Below are positions 9,535 through 20,040 of a stretch of 56,890 nt of DNA, one piece after another. The notes beneath the pieces are model-generated. The model made no database searches and was not told the origin of the DNA. It saw only the letters and a list, made by a program, of their open reading frames with translations. Source of the stretch: Candidatus Methanoxibalbensis ujae (GTDB lineage: Archaea; Halobacteriota; Syntropharchaeia; Alkanophagales; Methanospirareceae); the NCBI GenBank assembly GCA_026134085.1, contig JAOQIN010000008.1, positions 1 through 56,890 on the forward strand, given 5' to 3'. Each line of letters starts with the position of its first letter. Position 1 is the first letter of the stretch. The position numbers and the translations under genes were made by a program.

Positions 9535-11020
9535 AGAACTTTCTCTCAACATTTTCTCTGTGAACTGTGTTATAAGCGCAGAAAGGTATGATGCGCATGT
9601 CTGGCGTCACATAGTGTATGACGCAGCGCTGCAGGCGGTTTAGGTCAAAATTGTAAGGGTCCTGGAAGTGCATTGCGCCTATGAAAAGCGTTTTATGATG
9701 GAATTTCGCAAGTGCATGACGGCTTCCATCCCTCAAAATCTCAATAAGCGATGGCAGCACATTGGGGGGGGCTTTTTCCTCATCAATAAAACGCCTCACA
9801 CGCAATATCTTTGAGATTGCGATGATTTTCCCCATCTTTGAGCTTCTAACTTCATCTGCAAGTTCATGCAGCTCCTCCATGAATCCCTCAACATCCACAA
9901 AATCTGTTATGGGCGTTAACTTTCCGTCATGAACAAAAACATATGTGGCGGCGCCGCAATGGGGATGTGCGGAGAATCTAACGGATTTAACGCCTTTCCA
10001 CGCCTCCACAAACTCTGATATCGGAATCACGAAAGGAACTGGATAAAAGCTGTCACGGGATATCTGCCCTTCAGTCTGTTCCTCCACAAGATTTATGAAA
10101 TCAGGTATCGTGATGCGCATTCTCTTCCGCTCATCGCTGTCCACACGCCCTTCAAACGATATGGGCTGCGCGTTCACACCTCTCACAACATCAAGATTCT
10201 CAGCTGCGAACCTTATGATGTCTCCTATCTGCTCGTCATTCACATTCCTTGCGAGCGTCGGCACAAGCACAACACTCCTTATTCCACCATTTCTGCAGTT
10301 ATCAATAGCCCTCATCTTCGCTCTCAATGCCTTCCATCCCCTCAACACCTCATAAGGCTCGTTCGTGACGCCGTCAAACTGCAGATAGACCGTGTGTAAT
10401 CCCGCATCAACCATACGGCGGCAGAAATCCTCGCTGTTCGCAAGCATCAATCCGTTCGTCGCCACCTGAATCTGCGAGAATCCCATATCACGAGCCATTC
10501 GCACGATTTCTAAGAATTCTCTGCGTATCGTGGGCTCTCCACCGGCAAATTGAACCGCAGGACATGGAGGCTCTCCGCTGCGCAACAATCGCAACATCGC
10601 CTCTATCTGCTTCAATGAGGGCTCGTAAACACGGCGAGAAACAGCAGCATTCGCAAAGCATGTGGGACATCGCTGGTTGCATCTGTTTGTCAGATCAATT
10701 ATTGCAAGAACAGTGCAACTCCTGTGCATGGGGCAGAGACCGCAGTTGTAGGGGCATCCACGCTTATCTTCTCCAGTCTCCGCCGCACGCTCTGAAGAAT
10801 CGCTGACGGCACTGACAGCGCTGACAGCATCACCAGAATCAGCATTTGCAGTGTAATCAAGTAAGGCGAACTTCCTGTATAATGATGCATCCGACCAGTA
10901 AACATCATCATATTCACCGTGCTCCTCACATTTTTTACGAATGCGAACCTCCCCATTTTCCTCGTAAACCTCCGCATCCACCACTTTCAGGCATACTGGG
11001 CAAAGCGATTTCGTAAACAT
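9482..11020 (-). CDS. tes: Tetraether lipid synthase Tes / GDGT-MAS (MJ0619-family radical SAM)
   Basis: N-terminal TKSLCPVC...C.EHG, GCP.NCGLCP.H, CxxxCxxC (CNQRCPTC), HPHCG, HFQDPYNFD..R..RCVIHY, IPFCAYN; ATG 11020 with SD. Confidence 0.88.
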   Translation of the reverse strand: MFTKSLCPVCLKVVDAEVYEENGEVRIRKKCEEHGEYDDVYWSDASLYRKFALLDYTANADSGDAVSAVSAVSDSSERAAETGEDKRGCPYNCGLCPMHRSCTVLAIIDLTNRCNQRCPTCFANAAVSRRVYEPSLKQIEAMLRLLRSGEPPCPAVQFAGGEPTIRREFLEIVRMARDMGFSQIQVATNGLMLANSEDFCRRMVDAGLHTVYLQFDGVTNEPYEVLRGWKALRAKMRAIDNCRNGGIRSVVLVPTLARNVNDEQIGDIIRFAAENLDVVRGVNAQPISFEGRVDSDERKRMRITIPDFINLVEEQTEGQISRDSFYPVPFVIPISEFVEAWKGVKSVRFSAHPHCGAATYVFVHDGKLTPITDFVDVEGFMEELHELADEVRSSKMGKIIAISKILRVRRFIDEEKAPPNVLPSLIEILRDGSRHALAKFHHKTLFIGAMHFQDPYNFDLNRLQRCVIHYVTPDMRIIPFCAYNTVHRENVERKFSRGNTHENTRENTHGNT

Positions 11021-11166
11021 CTTCCGCTCACCTCCTCTCCTCCCTATCTTTCTCAACCTCTATTTCTCAACCTCTAAGAAGCAACATTTTTTCATTCTCC
11101 CTCATGTTCAACAGATCATCGTCAGTCATCCCTCATGTGGATCGTCATCCCATCAGTCCATTCGCT

Positions 11167-11907
11167 CTATCTGCTGTTTACGAACCCGAATCCAAGGGAA
11201 TTTCGCTCGCCGAACCCAGTATCCATCCCAAACGCGATTATCTTTCGCCTGATCTCATCAATATCATGCCATATGAACTCCCACATGCTCCCAATCATCA
11301 CATGATCCCTGCCTCCGATAACGACATTCGTTGCGGTTGTTCTCCTGAAAACAAAACGCTCAAAAAGATCATGTATGCAGACATCAGTTCCGTAAAACTC
11401 GTTGAACTTCTTCACAAGGTTCTCCGTGAGCTGCTTGACAAAAGCCTCAAACGAATATTTCGGCCGCCAATAAACATATCTCGCCTTCCTCTCATTCTCG
11501 GGTATCCCATATCGCTCGTAATTTCTCTCAGGTATTCTTATTATAAGGGGCGTCGCCGTAAGCAATCTCAAATGGCGTTTTAACCGAATCTCAAGCTCTT
11601 TCACACCAACAACATCAAAAGACATCTCCCCTATCTTCATGACATCAACATCATCAAGTGCTGCTTTCAGAGATAATACAAGTGAGCGATCAGGCGATGC
11701 TATGATAAAATTTGCTGTTTCACCCTCTTCCATATCCTTTATTGGAAAAATATTTGAAAAACTGAAGAATTTGTAACCTCTTTTGTCATGTAACTTCCCG
11801 TATCCAGAATCTCTCAGAAGATTGTAAATAAATCCCTGCATCTTATGATGATACATGTAGTCATAACACTGATTCTTTTCCGCTCTCAATCGTATCAGAA
11901 GACGCAT
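11167..11907 (-). CDS. cas6: CRISPR-associated endoribonuclease Cas6
   Basis: H..QGFIY..L, LH.K.GYKFF.FS, and C-terminal G-rich loop GFGERNSLGFG. Confidence 0.93.
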   Translation of the reverse strand: MRLLIRLRAEKNQCYDYMYHHKMQGFIYNLLRDSGYGKLHDKRGYKFFSFSNIFPIKDMEEGETANFIIASPDRSLVLSLKAALDDVDVMKIGEMSFDVVGVKELEIRLKRHLRLLTATPLIIRIPERNYERYGIPENERKARYVYWRPKYSFEAFVKQLTENLVKKFNEFYGTDVCIHDLFERFVFRRTTATNVVIGGRDHVMIGSMWEFIWHDIDEIRRKIIAFGMDTGFGERNSLGFGFVNSR

Positions 11908-11914
11908 ATTCCAT

Positions 11915-12301
11915 CTATTCCCCCGATGACTCGTTCCTCAGGAGGTCAATCGGTTTTGGTCCGCGTTCAACAACCTTCATGTTTATCTGTGCGATATCTG
12001 CGGATATCTCATTCCCGCGCACAGTTTTCCTTCTGCGCTGTCCACGCTCTTTCGGATTGAAACCGGGAGGGCCTGAGAGCAGCACACGCTTCCTCCCTCT
12101 TCCAGGGATGTCCCTGCGCATCGGAAAGCCGTCCTTATCCGTGCCACCGGTTATCTGAAGTTTGTAGCCCGCCAGTCCGAGTATTCCTCCATCTATCACA
12201 TCGCCTATCCGCCTTCCGATGAGCATCTCGCTCTCATGACCACTGACCGTGATTTTATACGATTTCCCCCCGTCGCTCACCACAACTTGAAAATCTGGCA
12301 T
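11915..12301 (-). CDS. rps6e: 30S ribosomal protein S6e
   Basis: ITGGTDKDGFPMR, G.R.RKTVRGN.I...IAQIN. Confidence 0.97.
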   Translation of the reverse strand: MPDFQVVVSDGGKSYKITVSGHESEMLIGRRIGDVIDGGILGLAGYKLQITGGTDKDGFPMRRDIPGRGRKRVLLSGPPGFNPKERGQRRRKTVRGNEISADIAQINMKVVERGPKPIDLLRNESSGE

Positions 12302-12440
12302 CTCACCTCATGTGGTCATGATTATATTTATCTATAAATCACTGGCGGTTGTCATTGCCTCATCCCACCATCCACCATCCATCATCAGGCATCAGGCATC
12401 AGGCATCAGGCAAGATTCCATAAAGTGTCTTTTTCACCGC

Positions 12441-14255
12441 TCATACCTTCCTCATTTTTATGCGTGTTATCTCTGCGAGCACATCTCGCTCGCTGTCTGA
12501 GAGGAGATCACGCATCTCATTCAGCTCTTTTATTTCATTCACCGGAATATTGGAATACAGAACATCATTTTCGTGAATATGCCTCCCAAATACGGGCTTT
12601 TTCATGGATATTGCGACGCGCATCCCCTTCTCAGCGAGGCTTATGCTCTGTCCCTTGTCCTGTATTTCGTTTATCTTTCCGATTTCTTTTCCTTCTGCTG
12701 TCATCATCTCCATACCGGGCTTTATGCTGCCTGCGATCACCTCAACGCCGAATATAGCAGGTCTGCTCTGTCTGAACACATGACCTGGAAGTATTCTGAC
12801 AGCTGCTGGCATTGTCAGGCGCGCCATTTTCTCGCGCAAAACAGCCTCTTTTCTCGAGGAAACCCATTTTTCATAATCCTCAATGAGCCTGTATATGACA
12901 TCGTTCACGAATATCCTAACATTTTCCTCGCTCGCCTCCGCATGAGCATCTGGATTCACGGACACATGAAATCCGAGAATTGCCCTCAAATACTCATCGC
13001 CTACAGATGCAGCTTCCACAACATCCCTCTTTGATATGTTTCCGACATCAGCCCGTTTTACAGGAATATTTCTCATGCTGAGCTCGTAGAACAGCGCCTC
13101 AACGGAGCCGATGGTGTCGGCTTTTATGATGACGCCCTCCTTATGAACATCTATCTGCACATCATCAAACGCTTTCCTCACACGCTCCTTCGCAAGATTC
13201 AGCGCATCAGCACTTGATTCCGGCACCTGAATCAACGGCATGCCCGGCAGCGCATCATCAATGTTCATCGCAACAATTTTCACACCTGCAGCAGCAGTCA
13301 CCGATTTCACATGCCTGAACCTCCTCTCCATCGCCATCTCTCTGAGCGGTGATGGCTTGAGCAGCGCCTTCACCCTCGTCACAACAGGCTCTCCCGTCGT
13401 TGTTCCCACAACAATCAGATCACCCACACTCAGCTTCCCATCATACAATATCACATCTATTGTTGTTCCAAGACCTCTTTCCTCCTTCTTCTCAAGTATT
13501 GTCCCCTCTCCAGGACCTTCAGCATGCAGTTTTAGGCTTTCCTCAAGATATCTCTGAGACAGACCGATGAGAACAAGAAGCAGATCGGGAATGCCTTCTC
13601 CAGTTTTCGCGCTGACAGGCACAATACATATGTTTCTTGTGAAATCACGTATCCTGTCATATCTTTCAGCTGAGAAACCGGAATCATAAAGTGTCTCAAC
13701 CGTTTCATACACGCGCCTTTCAAGCTCCTGCTGCACATATTCGTTCTGCTCGCGGAAATTCATCACGAAAGGCTTGTCCTTTGATGATATCCACCCGCTT
13801 ATTCTGTCTATTTTGTTTAACGCCACGACAAAAGGTGTTTTCAACATCCTCAGAACATTGAGAGCCTCGTATGTCTGAGGCTGAAATCCCTCAATCACAT
13901 CAACAACAAGCACTGCGATGTCCGCCAGCGCACTTCCCCGCCTTCGCAGAGATGCAAATGCGTGATGACCAGGTGTGTCTATGAAAAGAAGTCCTGGCAC
14001 TTTTATGTCGTCCCATGTGCGCTTGAGTGGCTGACATATGCGCTTTATCACATCCACAGGCACTTCAGTCGCACCGATATGCTGTGTAACGCCGCCTGCT
14101 TCCCTCTCCGCAACAACAGTTCCGCGTATACGGTCAAGCAGCGTGGTCTTCCCGTGATCTATATGTCCGAGAACAGCGATAATAGGCGTTCTTATATCCA
14201 CACCACTCCCGGCACCACGCTCCTTCTTCAGATTCTGCGATTTGCTCATCTTCAC
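12441..14255 (-). CDS. infB: Translation initiation factor aIF5B (IF-2)
   Basis: GHIDHGKTTLLD, TQHIGA, DTPGH, NKID, SAKTGEG. Confidence 0.97.
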   Translation of the reverse strand: MKMSKSQNLKKERGAGSGVDIRTPIIAVLGHIDHGKTTLLDRIRGTVVAEREAGGVTQHIGATEVPVDVIKRICQPLKRTWDDIKVPGLLFIDTPGHHAFASLRRRGSALADIAVLVVDVIEGFQPQTYEALNVLRMLKTPFVVALNKIDRISGWISSKDKPFVMNFREQNEYVQQELERRVYETVETLYDSGFSAERYDRIRDFTRNICIVPVSAKTGEGIPDLLLVLIGLSQRYLEESLKLHAEGPGEGTILEKKEERGLGTTIDVILYDGKLSVGDLIVVGTTTGEPVVTRVKALLKPSPLREMAMERRFRHVKSVTAAAGVKIVAMNIDDALPGMPLIQVPESSADALNLAKERVRKAFDDVQIDVHKEGVIIKADTIGSVEALFYELSMRNIPVKRADVGNISKRDVVEAASVGDEYLRAILGFHVSVNPDAHAEASEENVRIFVNDVIYRLIEDYEKWVSSRKEAVLREKMARLTMPAAVRILPGHVFRQSRPAIFGVEVIAGSIKPGMEMMTAEGKEIGKINEIQDKGQSISLAEKGMRVAISMKKPVFGRHIHENDVLYSNIPVNEIKELNEMRDLLSDSERDVLAEITRIKMRKV

Positions 14256-14353
14256 ATCACCTCCTCAACCGCTCAGCGCCACCCGCCTCCCGCTTCCGCG
14301 CTATGCGTCATCTGACATTCGCTGTCAATACATCCTCATATCCTCATATTTAT

Positions 14354-14367
14354 TTAGGTAAGTCTAA
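14354..14367. promoter_or_regulatory. Putative DtxR/MntR-family operator TTAGGTAAGTCTAA
   Basis: Imperfect palindrome TTAG-N6-CTAA resembling DtxR/SirR/MntR boxes, 20 bp upstream of a DtxR-family gene. Confidence 0.6.
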
Positions 14368-14387
14368 CAAAAATAATAAAGATAAAG

Positions 14388-14861
14388 ATGAGAGCTGAAA
14401 TGCTCAGCCGCAGGATGGAGGATTACCTCGAGGCCATCCTGAACATATCGGAGAAAAAGGGATACGCACGTGTTAAGGATATTTCTGATGCGCTCGGGGT
14501 GAAGCCATCAAGTGTTGTTGATATGCTGAAAAGGCTGAGAGATATTGGACTCGTTGAATATCGCAAGCACGATGGCATCATACTGACAAAAAAAGGAAAA
14601 GATATCGGAAGAGTTGTGGCAGATAAGCATGCAGCTATAAGAAAATTACTTGAAATTCTGCGCGTTCCGCCTGAAATAGCCGATGAAGATGCATGCACTA
14701 TGGAGCATGAGCTTCATCCAAAGACGATAGAGCAGATAAAAAAGCTTGTTGAATTCGTGTCTTCTGCACCTAATTACCCGGAATGGCTCGTTCATTTTGA
14801 ATATTTCTGTAAGACAGGCAGACATCTCTGCACAAGCAGGTGTGTTTTCAACAGGCGCTAA
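14388..14861 (+). CDS. DtxR/MntR family metal-dependent transcriptional regulator
   Basis: EDYLEAI, HTH region, A.EDAC.MEH. Confidence 0.93.
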   Translation: MRAEMLSRRMEDYLEAILNISEKKGYARVKDISDALGVKPSSVVDMLKRLRDIGLVEYRKHDGIILTKKGKDIGRVVADKHAAIRKLLEILRVPPEIADEDACTMEHELHPKTIEQIKKLVEFVSSAPNYPEWLVHFEYFCKTGRHLCTSRCVFNRR

Positions 14862-14937
14862 CAGTTTTTAATGATATTTTCAATTATTTTTTAAGTGCTC
14901 AAAACATTTATATACAGTTCATTTTGATTCATGAGTG

Positions 14938-15108
14938 ATGATTGAAGAAGTTCAAAGAATACTGTATGAGCTGAAGAGGATATATCAGAAGATGATAGAG
15001 GAAGGTTTTGATCCGAACGAGCTTGAGATAGAGAAGGAATTGGCTGAGATAAAAAAGGAACTCGGGCACTGGTATATGGAAAACTCCATGATGTTCAGAG
15101 CGGCTTAA
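14938..15108 (+). CDS. Small hypothetical protein (56 aa), below the ORF-track cutoff
   Basis: MIEEVQRILYELKRIYQKMIEEGFDPNELEIEKELAEIKKELGHWYMENSMMFRAA*; TATA box TTTATATA ~25-30 bp upstream. Confidence 0.65.
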   Translation: MIEEVQRILYELKRIYQKMIEEGFDPNELEIEKELAEIKKELGHWYMENSMMFRAA

Positions 15109-15131
15109 GTGTCTGCATCTGTTGTGTTGTG

Positions 15132-16268
15132 TTATACGATCAGAGTTTTGGCGAATTTTGTCAGGTTTTCACATGTTTTATCACGCACTAATATCATGTC
15201 CTCAAGCCTGACGCCTCCGATATCCGGGTCATATAAGCCGGGTTCTATTGTTATGACATTTCCTGCCTGAAGCACATAGTCATTATCGCTCACACTTGGT
15301 TTCTCGTGCAGAGAAAGTCCGATACCATGACCTGTGGCATGAAGAAAACCTCTCCTGACTTCTTTCAGATCTCTTCTTTCCTCGCTTTCATTCCCGTGAA
15401 AACGACGCAGCGTGTCATAACCTCTCTCCTCAAATATATCACACACCAGATTGTGCACATCAGCACATGAAACTCCCGCCCTCACAGAGGAAACGGCGGC
15501 ATCTTGTGCATATCTGACAGTTTCAAACATCTCCTCCACCGCAGCCGAAGGCTCTCCCCTCACGACAGTTCGTGTCATATCCGCATAATATCGCTCACGC
15601 CTCAATCTCGGAAATATATCAATGATTATGGGCTCATCCGCAACAATCTCGCCGCTTCCAGTCCAGTGAGGGTTCGCACTTCCTCTGCCGCACGCGACAA
15701 TGGGCTCCTCCTCGGCAACACATCCGCAGTCTATCAGCGCATGCTCTATAATCACCTTCAACTTCTCAGCCGTAAGCGCATCTCCGCTCTCCTCAATGAG
15801 AACATCACGGATGCGGCAGCTTTTTATCTTCTTTATCGCAATGTCCATCGCATATTCACATGCTCGCTGCGCCTTCTTCATCATCACGACTTCCTCATAC
15901 CTCTTTATCTCCCTCTCCGCCATCACATCCTCAGCAACTTCAACAGATATGCCCTTCTCTCTCAATTTATCCGCAATAAACACGGGAAAATATCCGGGAA
16001 CACAGACCTCATTCACACCTTTATCGCGAAGTAACTCCAGAATGATGACATCTATCTCATCCCTGTTCCCACCATACTCAAGGAATGAGCGCACTTCACT
16101 GAATTTTGTCTCTCTTCTCGCACGCTCGACCTCCATGTGCGGAACCACGATGAGCTCGCTGTCCGCCCTGAGATATATGAAGGGGTCCGACGAGAGGAAT
16201 CGTGTTGCATAAAACATGTCCGCGTTGTGCACACTTTCGCTGAAAAGCAGAAGCGGTTTCTCCATCAT
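15132..16268 (-). CDS. Xaa-Pro peptidase (M24B family)
   Basis: DIFP...ADMTRT, H.TGHGIGL..HE.P, TIEPGLY, GGVRLED. Confidence 0.93.
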   Translation of the reverse strand: MMEKPLLLFSESVHNADMFYATRFLSSDPFIYLRADSELIVVPHMEVERARRETKFSEVRSFLEYGGNRDEIDVIILELLRDKGVNEVCVPGYFPVFIADKLREKGISVEVAEDVMAEREIKRYEEVVMMKKAQRACEYAMDIAIKKIKSCRIRDVLIEESGDALTAEKLKVIIEHALIDCGCVAEEEPIVACGRGSANPHWTGSGEIVADEPIIIDIFPRLRRERYYADMTRTVVRGEPSAAVEEMFETVRYAQDAAVSSVRAGVSCADVHNLVCDIFEERGYDTLRRFHGNESEERRDLKEVRRGFLHATGHGIGLSLHEKPSVSDNDYVLQAGNVITIEPGLYDPDIGGVRLEDMILVRDKTCENLTKFAKTLIV

Positions 16269-16396
16269 TTCTTTTTTTGCTTTTTTGCTTTTTCACTTTT
16301 TCACTTTTTTGCTTTTTGTTCTGCTTTTTTTGTTTTTTTATTTTTTTAGTTCTCAGTCTTATATTTATTAAAGGCAAAGATGGCGGGAGGTGATCC

Positions 16397-17677
16397 GTGG
16401 TATTGAAGGCAAAGATCGGCCTGCTCTTTCACGGACCTGAGGTTGTGGACGAGGGGGAGGCTGAGCATGCGCTTGATGCGGTTAGAAAAGCTGGATTTGA
16501 ATTTGAGGCAGCTCTCGGCGGTATAACCGGAAAAACAGCGATAATAGACGCTGGATTGCAGCATGTCATAGACATAAGCAGGGACAAGAAGCCATCTGAG
16601 GTGGCTCTTGAGTTTATAGAGAGCGGAATTAAATTCATTATCCTTGTAAACCATGCCAAATCAATTGACAGCGCGCTTGCTCTCGGCGAGGGCATACTCA
16701 GAAATCTGCTCAAAATGACTTCATCTGATTCATCTGATTTCTCATTCGTTCAGGCTGAATACTGCTGCAGCGTTCATGGCGGCAGTGGCGTCCGTGATGG
16801 CGTCCGTGATGGTGGAGGCGTGTTCATAATATGGCGTCTGAGAGATGCGCATAAGTATGAGCGTTTGAAAGCGTGTTTTGGATTTGATGAGATGGAGGCG
16901 CCATCGGTGATAAACAGATGTGAGAGAGATGCAGATGGATTTCTGCGGCGTGAAATATGCGGTGTGCTGCCCGGTGAGAAAATACTTGTGAACGGCACTG
17001 TCATAGGCAATGTCTCAGAGGATAACAAAAGCGGAAAGATAACATTGGTGGTGAAAGACGGCAGGATCGTTGATGTTGAAGGCGGAATGCTCATATCTCA
17101 CAACCTCCTCAAACTGCCATTCGTTGATATAGAGACCGCAATCGTGAAGACGGGACAGCACATACGGAGAACAAAGCCGCGGAGAGTTGGCGTTGAAAGC
17201 ATAAAACTCGCTGACGACAGAAAAAAAGCATGCATATTCCACACCGTTGAAAAGTTGTTCCCGAGAATATCAAAGGGAGATGTCGCAATCGTTATAACAG
17301 TCGGCGACGACACGACAAGCATTGCGGGCGATATACTCAAACGATTTGAGGACATCAGACTCATCGGAATCACAGATGGAGATGCAGATGGTCTCATTGA
17401 AGGTATAAATACGGGTTCTATTGAGGAATATGGAAATTTTCTGCCGAGAAATTCAATAGTTATAAGGCTTAAACCTGAGCGAGATGATGTTATTGCTGAA
17501 CATATTAAATCTGAAATATTTAAAGACGGCGATGAAATTCCGATTGATGATGTTGATGCCGCTTTTGAAAAAATTAAGAGGCGCATTTTTTGTGTGGCAT
17601 CCGATGACATCGTGGGTGTCATCTCATCTGAATCACCCGGTGAGGCGGATAAGATAAGAATGCACGATGAAGTTTGA
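16397..17677 (+). CDS. DUF2117 family protein
   Basis: IG..FHGPEVVD.G, GG..GKTA.IDAGL, TVGDDTT.IAGDIL.R, GITDGD.D. Confidence 0.8.
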   Translation: MVLKAKIGLLFHGPEVVDEGEAEHALDAVRKAGFEFEAALGGITGKTAIIDAGLQHVIDISRDKKPSEVALEFIESGIKFIILVNHAKSIDSALALGEGILRNLLKMTSSDSSDFSFVQAEYCCSVHGGSGVRDGVRDGGGVFIIWRLRDAHKYERLKACFGFDEMEAPSVINRCERDADGFLRREICGVLPGEKILVNGTVIGNVSEDNKSGKITLVVKDGRIVDVEGGMLISHNLLKLPFVDIETAIVKTGQHIRRTKPRRVGVESIKLADDRKKACIFHTVEKLFPRISKGDVAIVITVGDDTTSIAGDILKRFEDIRLIGITDGDADGLIEGINTGSIEEYGNFLPRNSIVIRLKPERDDVIAEHIKSEIFKDGDEIPIDDVDAAFEKIKRRIFCVASDDIVGVISSESPGEADKIRMHDEV

Positions 17678-17725
17678 AGAATGCACGATGAAGGGAGAAG
17701 AGAGACGAGAAATAAAAAATAAAAA

Positions 17726-18994
17726 ATGAGAAATGGAACGCGAAAGGTGATAAGGGACCCCATTCACGGATACATAAATGTGGAAGGTTTTGCGATGGAC
17801 TTACTTGACACTGTTGAAATGCAGAGGTTACGGCGCATCAGGCAGCTTGGCTTCTCATATCTTGTGTATCCGGGTGCGAATCACACACGGTTTGAGCACT
17901 CTTTGGGCGTTTTTCACCTTGCAGATGTTCTGACATCTCAGCTCGGTATGGAGGAGGACAGAGATGAGATCCTCGCCGCAGCTCTGATACATGATATCGG
18001 GCACGGTCCATACTCACATGTGACAGAGCCTCTGCTGAAGAAATATGCGGGTATATGTCATGAGGACATAGATGACATACTGCGCGGATACACGAACACA
18101 AGAGCTGCTGGAAGCATCACTGGCACGAGGACTGTTGCTGAGGTTCTTGAGGATCGTGACATCAATGTGAGGGATGTGCTCTCACTCGTAAAAGGTGAGC
18201 GGATGAATAATGCTGGCACAATATTGAAGGGAGAGATAGATGTTGATAAGATGGATTATCTCGTGAGGGATGCGTATTATACAGGTGTTGCATATGGAGT
18301 TATAGATAACATGCGGCTTATACAGGGTATAAGTCTGTATAATGGAGAGATTGTATTGACAAAAAAGGGGATAACGCCCGCTGAATATCTGATATTTTCG
18401 AGATTTATCATGTATCCATCGGTATATAATCATCATACGACGCGAATAGCGCAGTTGATGTTTATCAGGGCTATGGAAGTATATGTGGAGGAGAGAGTGG
18501 ATGATGTGGCATTTTTCGCAAATGCGCTTCGCATGATGGACGACTGCGAGGCGAATGTGCTTTTGAGGAATGCGGGAGGATTTCCATGCGAAATGATGAA
18601 TCGTATAAATGAGCGCAATCTTTTCAAAAGGGCGTTTTACCGTCCCGTGCGCGATGTTCGTGCTGATCTGATGGATGACATATCAGACGGCGGAGATCGC
18701 GTGATAAGGGAGCTGGAGAATGAGATCGCGAGAAGAGCGGGATTGGATGATGCACGATTCCTCATACTTGATGTGCAACGCCGTGAGCGTGTGAATGAAT
18801 GCGCTGTGAAGGTCTACTCCGCCCGCAGTGTGAATGGCAGAAGTGCATCAGATGGACTGAAAAGATTGAGCGATGTGTCATCGCTTGTCCGCATGGTTGA
18901 GCATGCGCTGAACGAAAGTTATAATGTCGGCGTATATACAACTGATGAATATCGTGATGCCGTGCGAAATGCTGCGGAGGCGATATTATGCTGA
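17726..18994 (+). CDS. HD-domain phosphohydrolase (SAMHD1/dNTP triphosphohydrolase-like)
   Basis: IRDPIHG, QRLRRIRQLG, HTRFEHSLG, HDIGHGP.SH, DVDKMDYL.RD. Confidence 0.92.
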   Translation: MRNGTRKVIRDPIHGYINVEGFAMDLLDTVEMQRLRRIRQLGFSYLVYPGANHTRFEHSLGVFHLADVLTSQLGMEEDRDEILAAALIHDIGHGPYSHVTEPLLKKYAGICHEDIDDILRGYTNTRAAGSITGTRTVAEVLEDRDINVRDVLSLVKGERMNNAGTILKGEIDVDKMDYLVRDAYYTGVAYGVIDNMRLIQGISLYNGEIVLTKKGITPAEYLIFSRFIMYPSVYNHHTTRIAQLMFIRAMEVYVEERVDDVAFFANALRMMDDCEANVLLRNAGGFPCEMMNRINERNLFKRAFYRPVRDVRADLMDDISDGGDRVIRELENEIARRAGLDDARFLILDVQRRERVNECAVKVYSARSVNGRSASDGLKRLSDVSSLVRMVEHALNESYNVGVYTTDEYRDAVRNAAEAILC

Positions 18995-19983
18995 GGGAAG
19001 CAATGCTTTATGAATGTGATGAGAGGTGCAGATGCAATGTGTGCGCTCACAAATGCACAATTTCTGAAGGAAATCTTGGAATATGCAGGACAAGAAAAAA
19101 CATTGACGGTAAATTATACACGCTCATATATGGCAGTGTTTCTTCAATACATGCAGATCCTGTTGAAAAAAAGCCTCTTTATCACTTCCATCCATCCTCA
19201 TTCGTTCTCTCTCTCGGAACTGTATCATGCAATTTTAGGTGCAGGCACTGTCAAAATTGGAGCATATCAGCATTCAGTGTGGGAGAAGTGCCAGTGACAG
19301 AGATGTCGCCCGAAGATGTTGTTGAGCATGCGAGGATGGCGAGATGCGCTGGAATCGCATTCACATACAACGAGCCGACGATATGGATAGAATTCACATA
19401 TGATACATTTAAAATCGCGAAAAAATACGGTTTATACACGGTTTATGTGACAAATGGATACATGAGTGAAGATGCATTGAACGAGATAGCACCACTTTTG
19501 GATGCTGCAAATGTTGATGTGAAGGCTTTTAGGGAGGAGTTCTACAGAAATGTGTGCAATGCATCTCTCAAACCGGTGATAAACACCTGCGAAAGGATGT
19601 ATGAAAAGAAAATACATATTGAGCTGACATATCTCATAATCCCGGATTATAATGACAGCGAAGAGGAACTGAGGGAATTCTCGCGCTGGGTCGTCTCTCT
19701 TGATGAGGATATTCCCGTGCATTTCTCTCGCTTCTATCCTTCGCATCTCATGACTGATGTCCCTCCAACGCCGGTCGGAACGCTTGAGAGAGCTGCAGAA
19801 ATCGCTCGTGAGGAGGGACTCTCATTTGTATATCTCGGAAATGTGCCCGGTCACGAATATGAGAACACATACTGCCCGGATTGTGGTGAGTTGCTCGTGG
19901 AGAGAAAGGGATATCATGTTAAAATGAACATAAAAAAGCCGTTTTGCACGAAGTGCGGCAGAAAATTGAACATAATTCTGTGA
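18988..19983 (+). CDS. amrS: AmmeMemoRadiSam system radical SAM enzyme (PflA-like)
   Basis: DPVEKKPLYHF, CNFRCRHCQNW, FTYNEP, YLGNV, C-terminal CxxC pairs. Confidence 0.9.
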   Translation: MLREAMLYECDERCRCNVCAHKCTISEGNLGICRTRKNIDGKLYTLIYGSVSSIHADPVEKKPLYHFHPSSFVLSLGTVSCNFRCRHCQNWSISAFSVGEVPVTEMSPEDVVEHARMARCAGIAFTYNEPTIWIEFTYDTFKIAKKYGLYTVYVTNGYMSEDALNEIAPLLDAANVDVKAFREEFYRNVCNASLKPVINTCERMYEKKIHIELTYLIIPDYNDSEEELREFSRWVVSLDEDIPVHFSRFYPSHLMTDVPPTPVGTLERAAEIAREEGLSFVYLGNVPGHEYENTYCPDCGELLVERKGYHVKMNIKKPFCTKCGRKLNIIL

Positions 19984-20040
19984 TTTTTTATGATAAAACT
20001 TTAAGCTGCGTTTGTCTTTTCGTGACGGCAGCGTTGTGGT

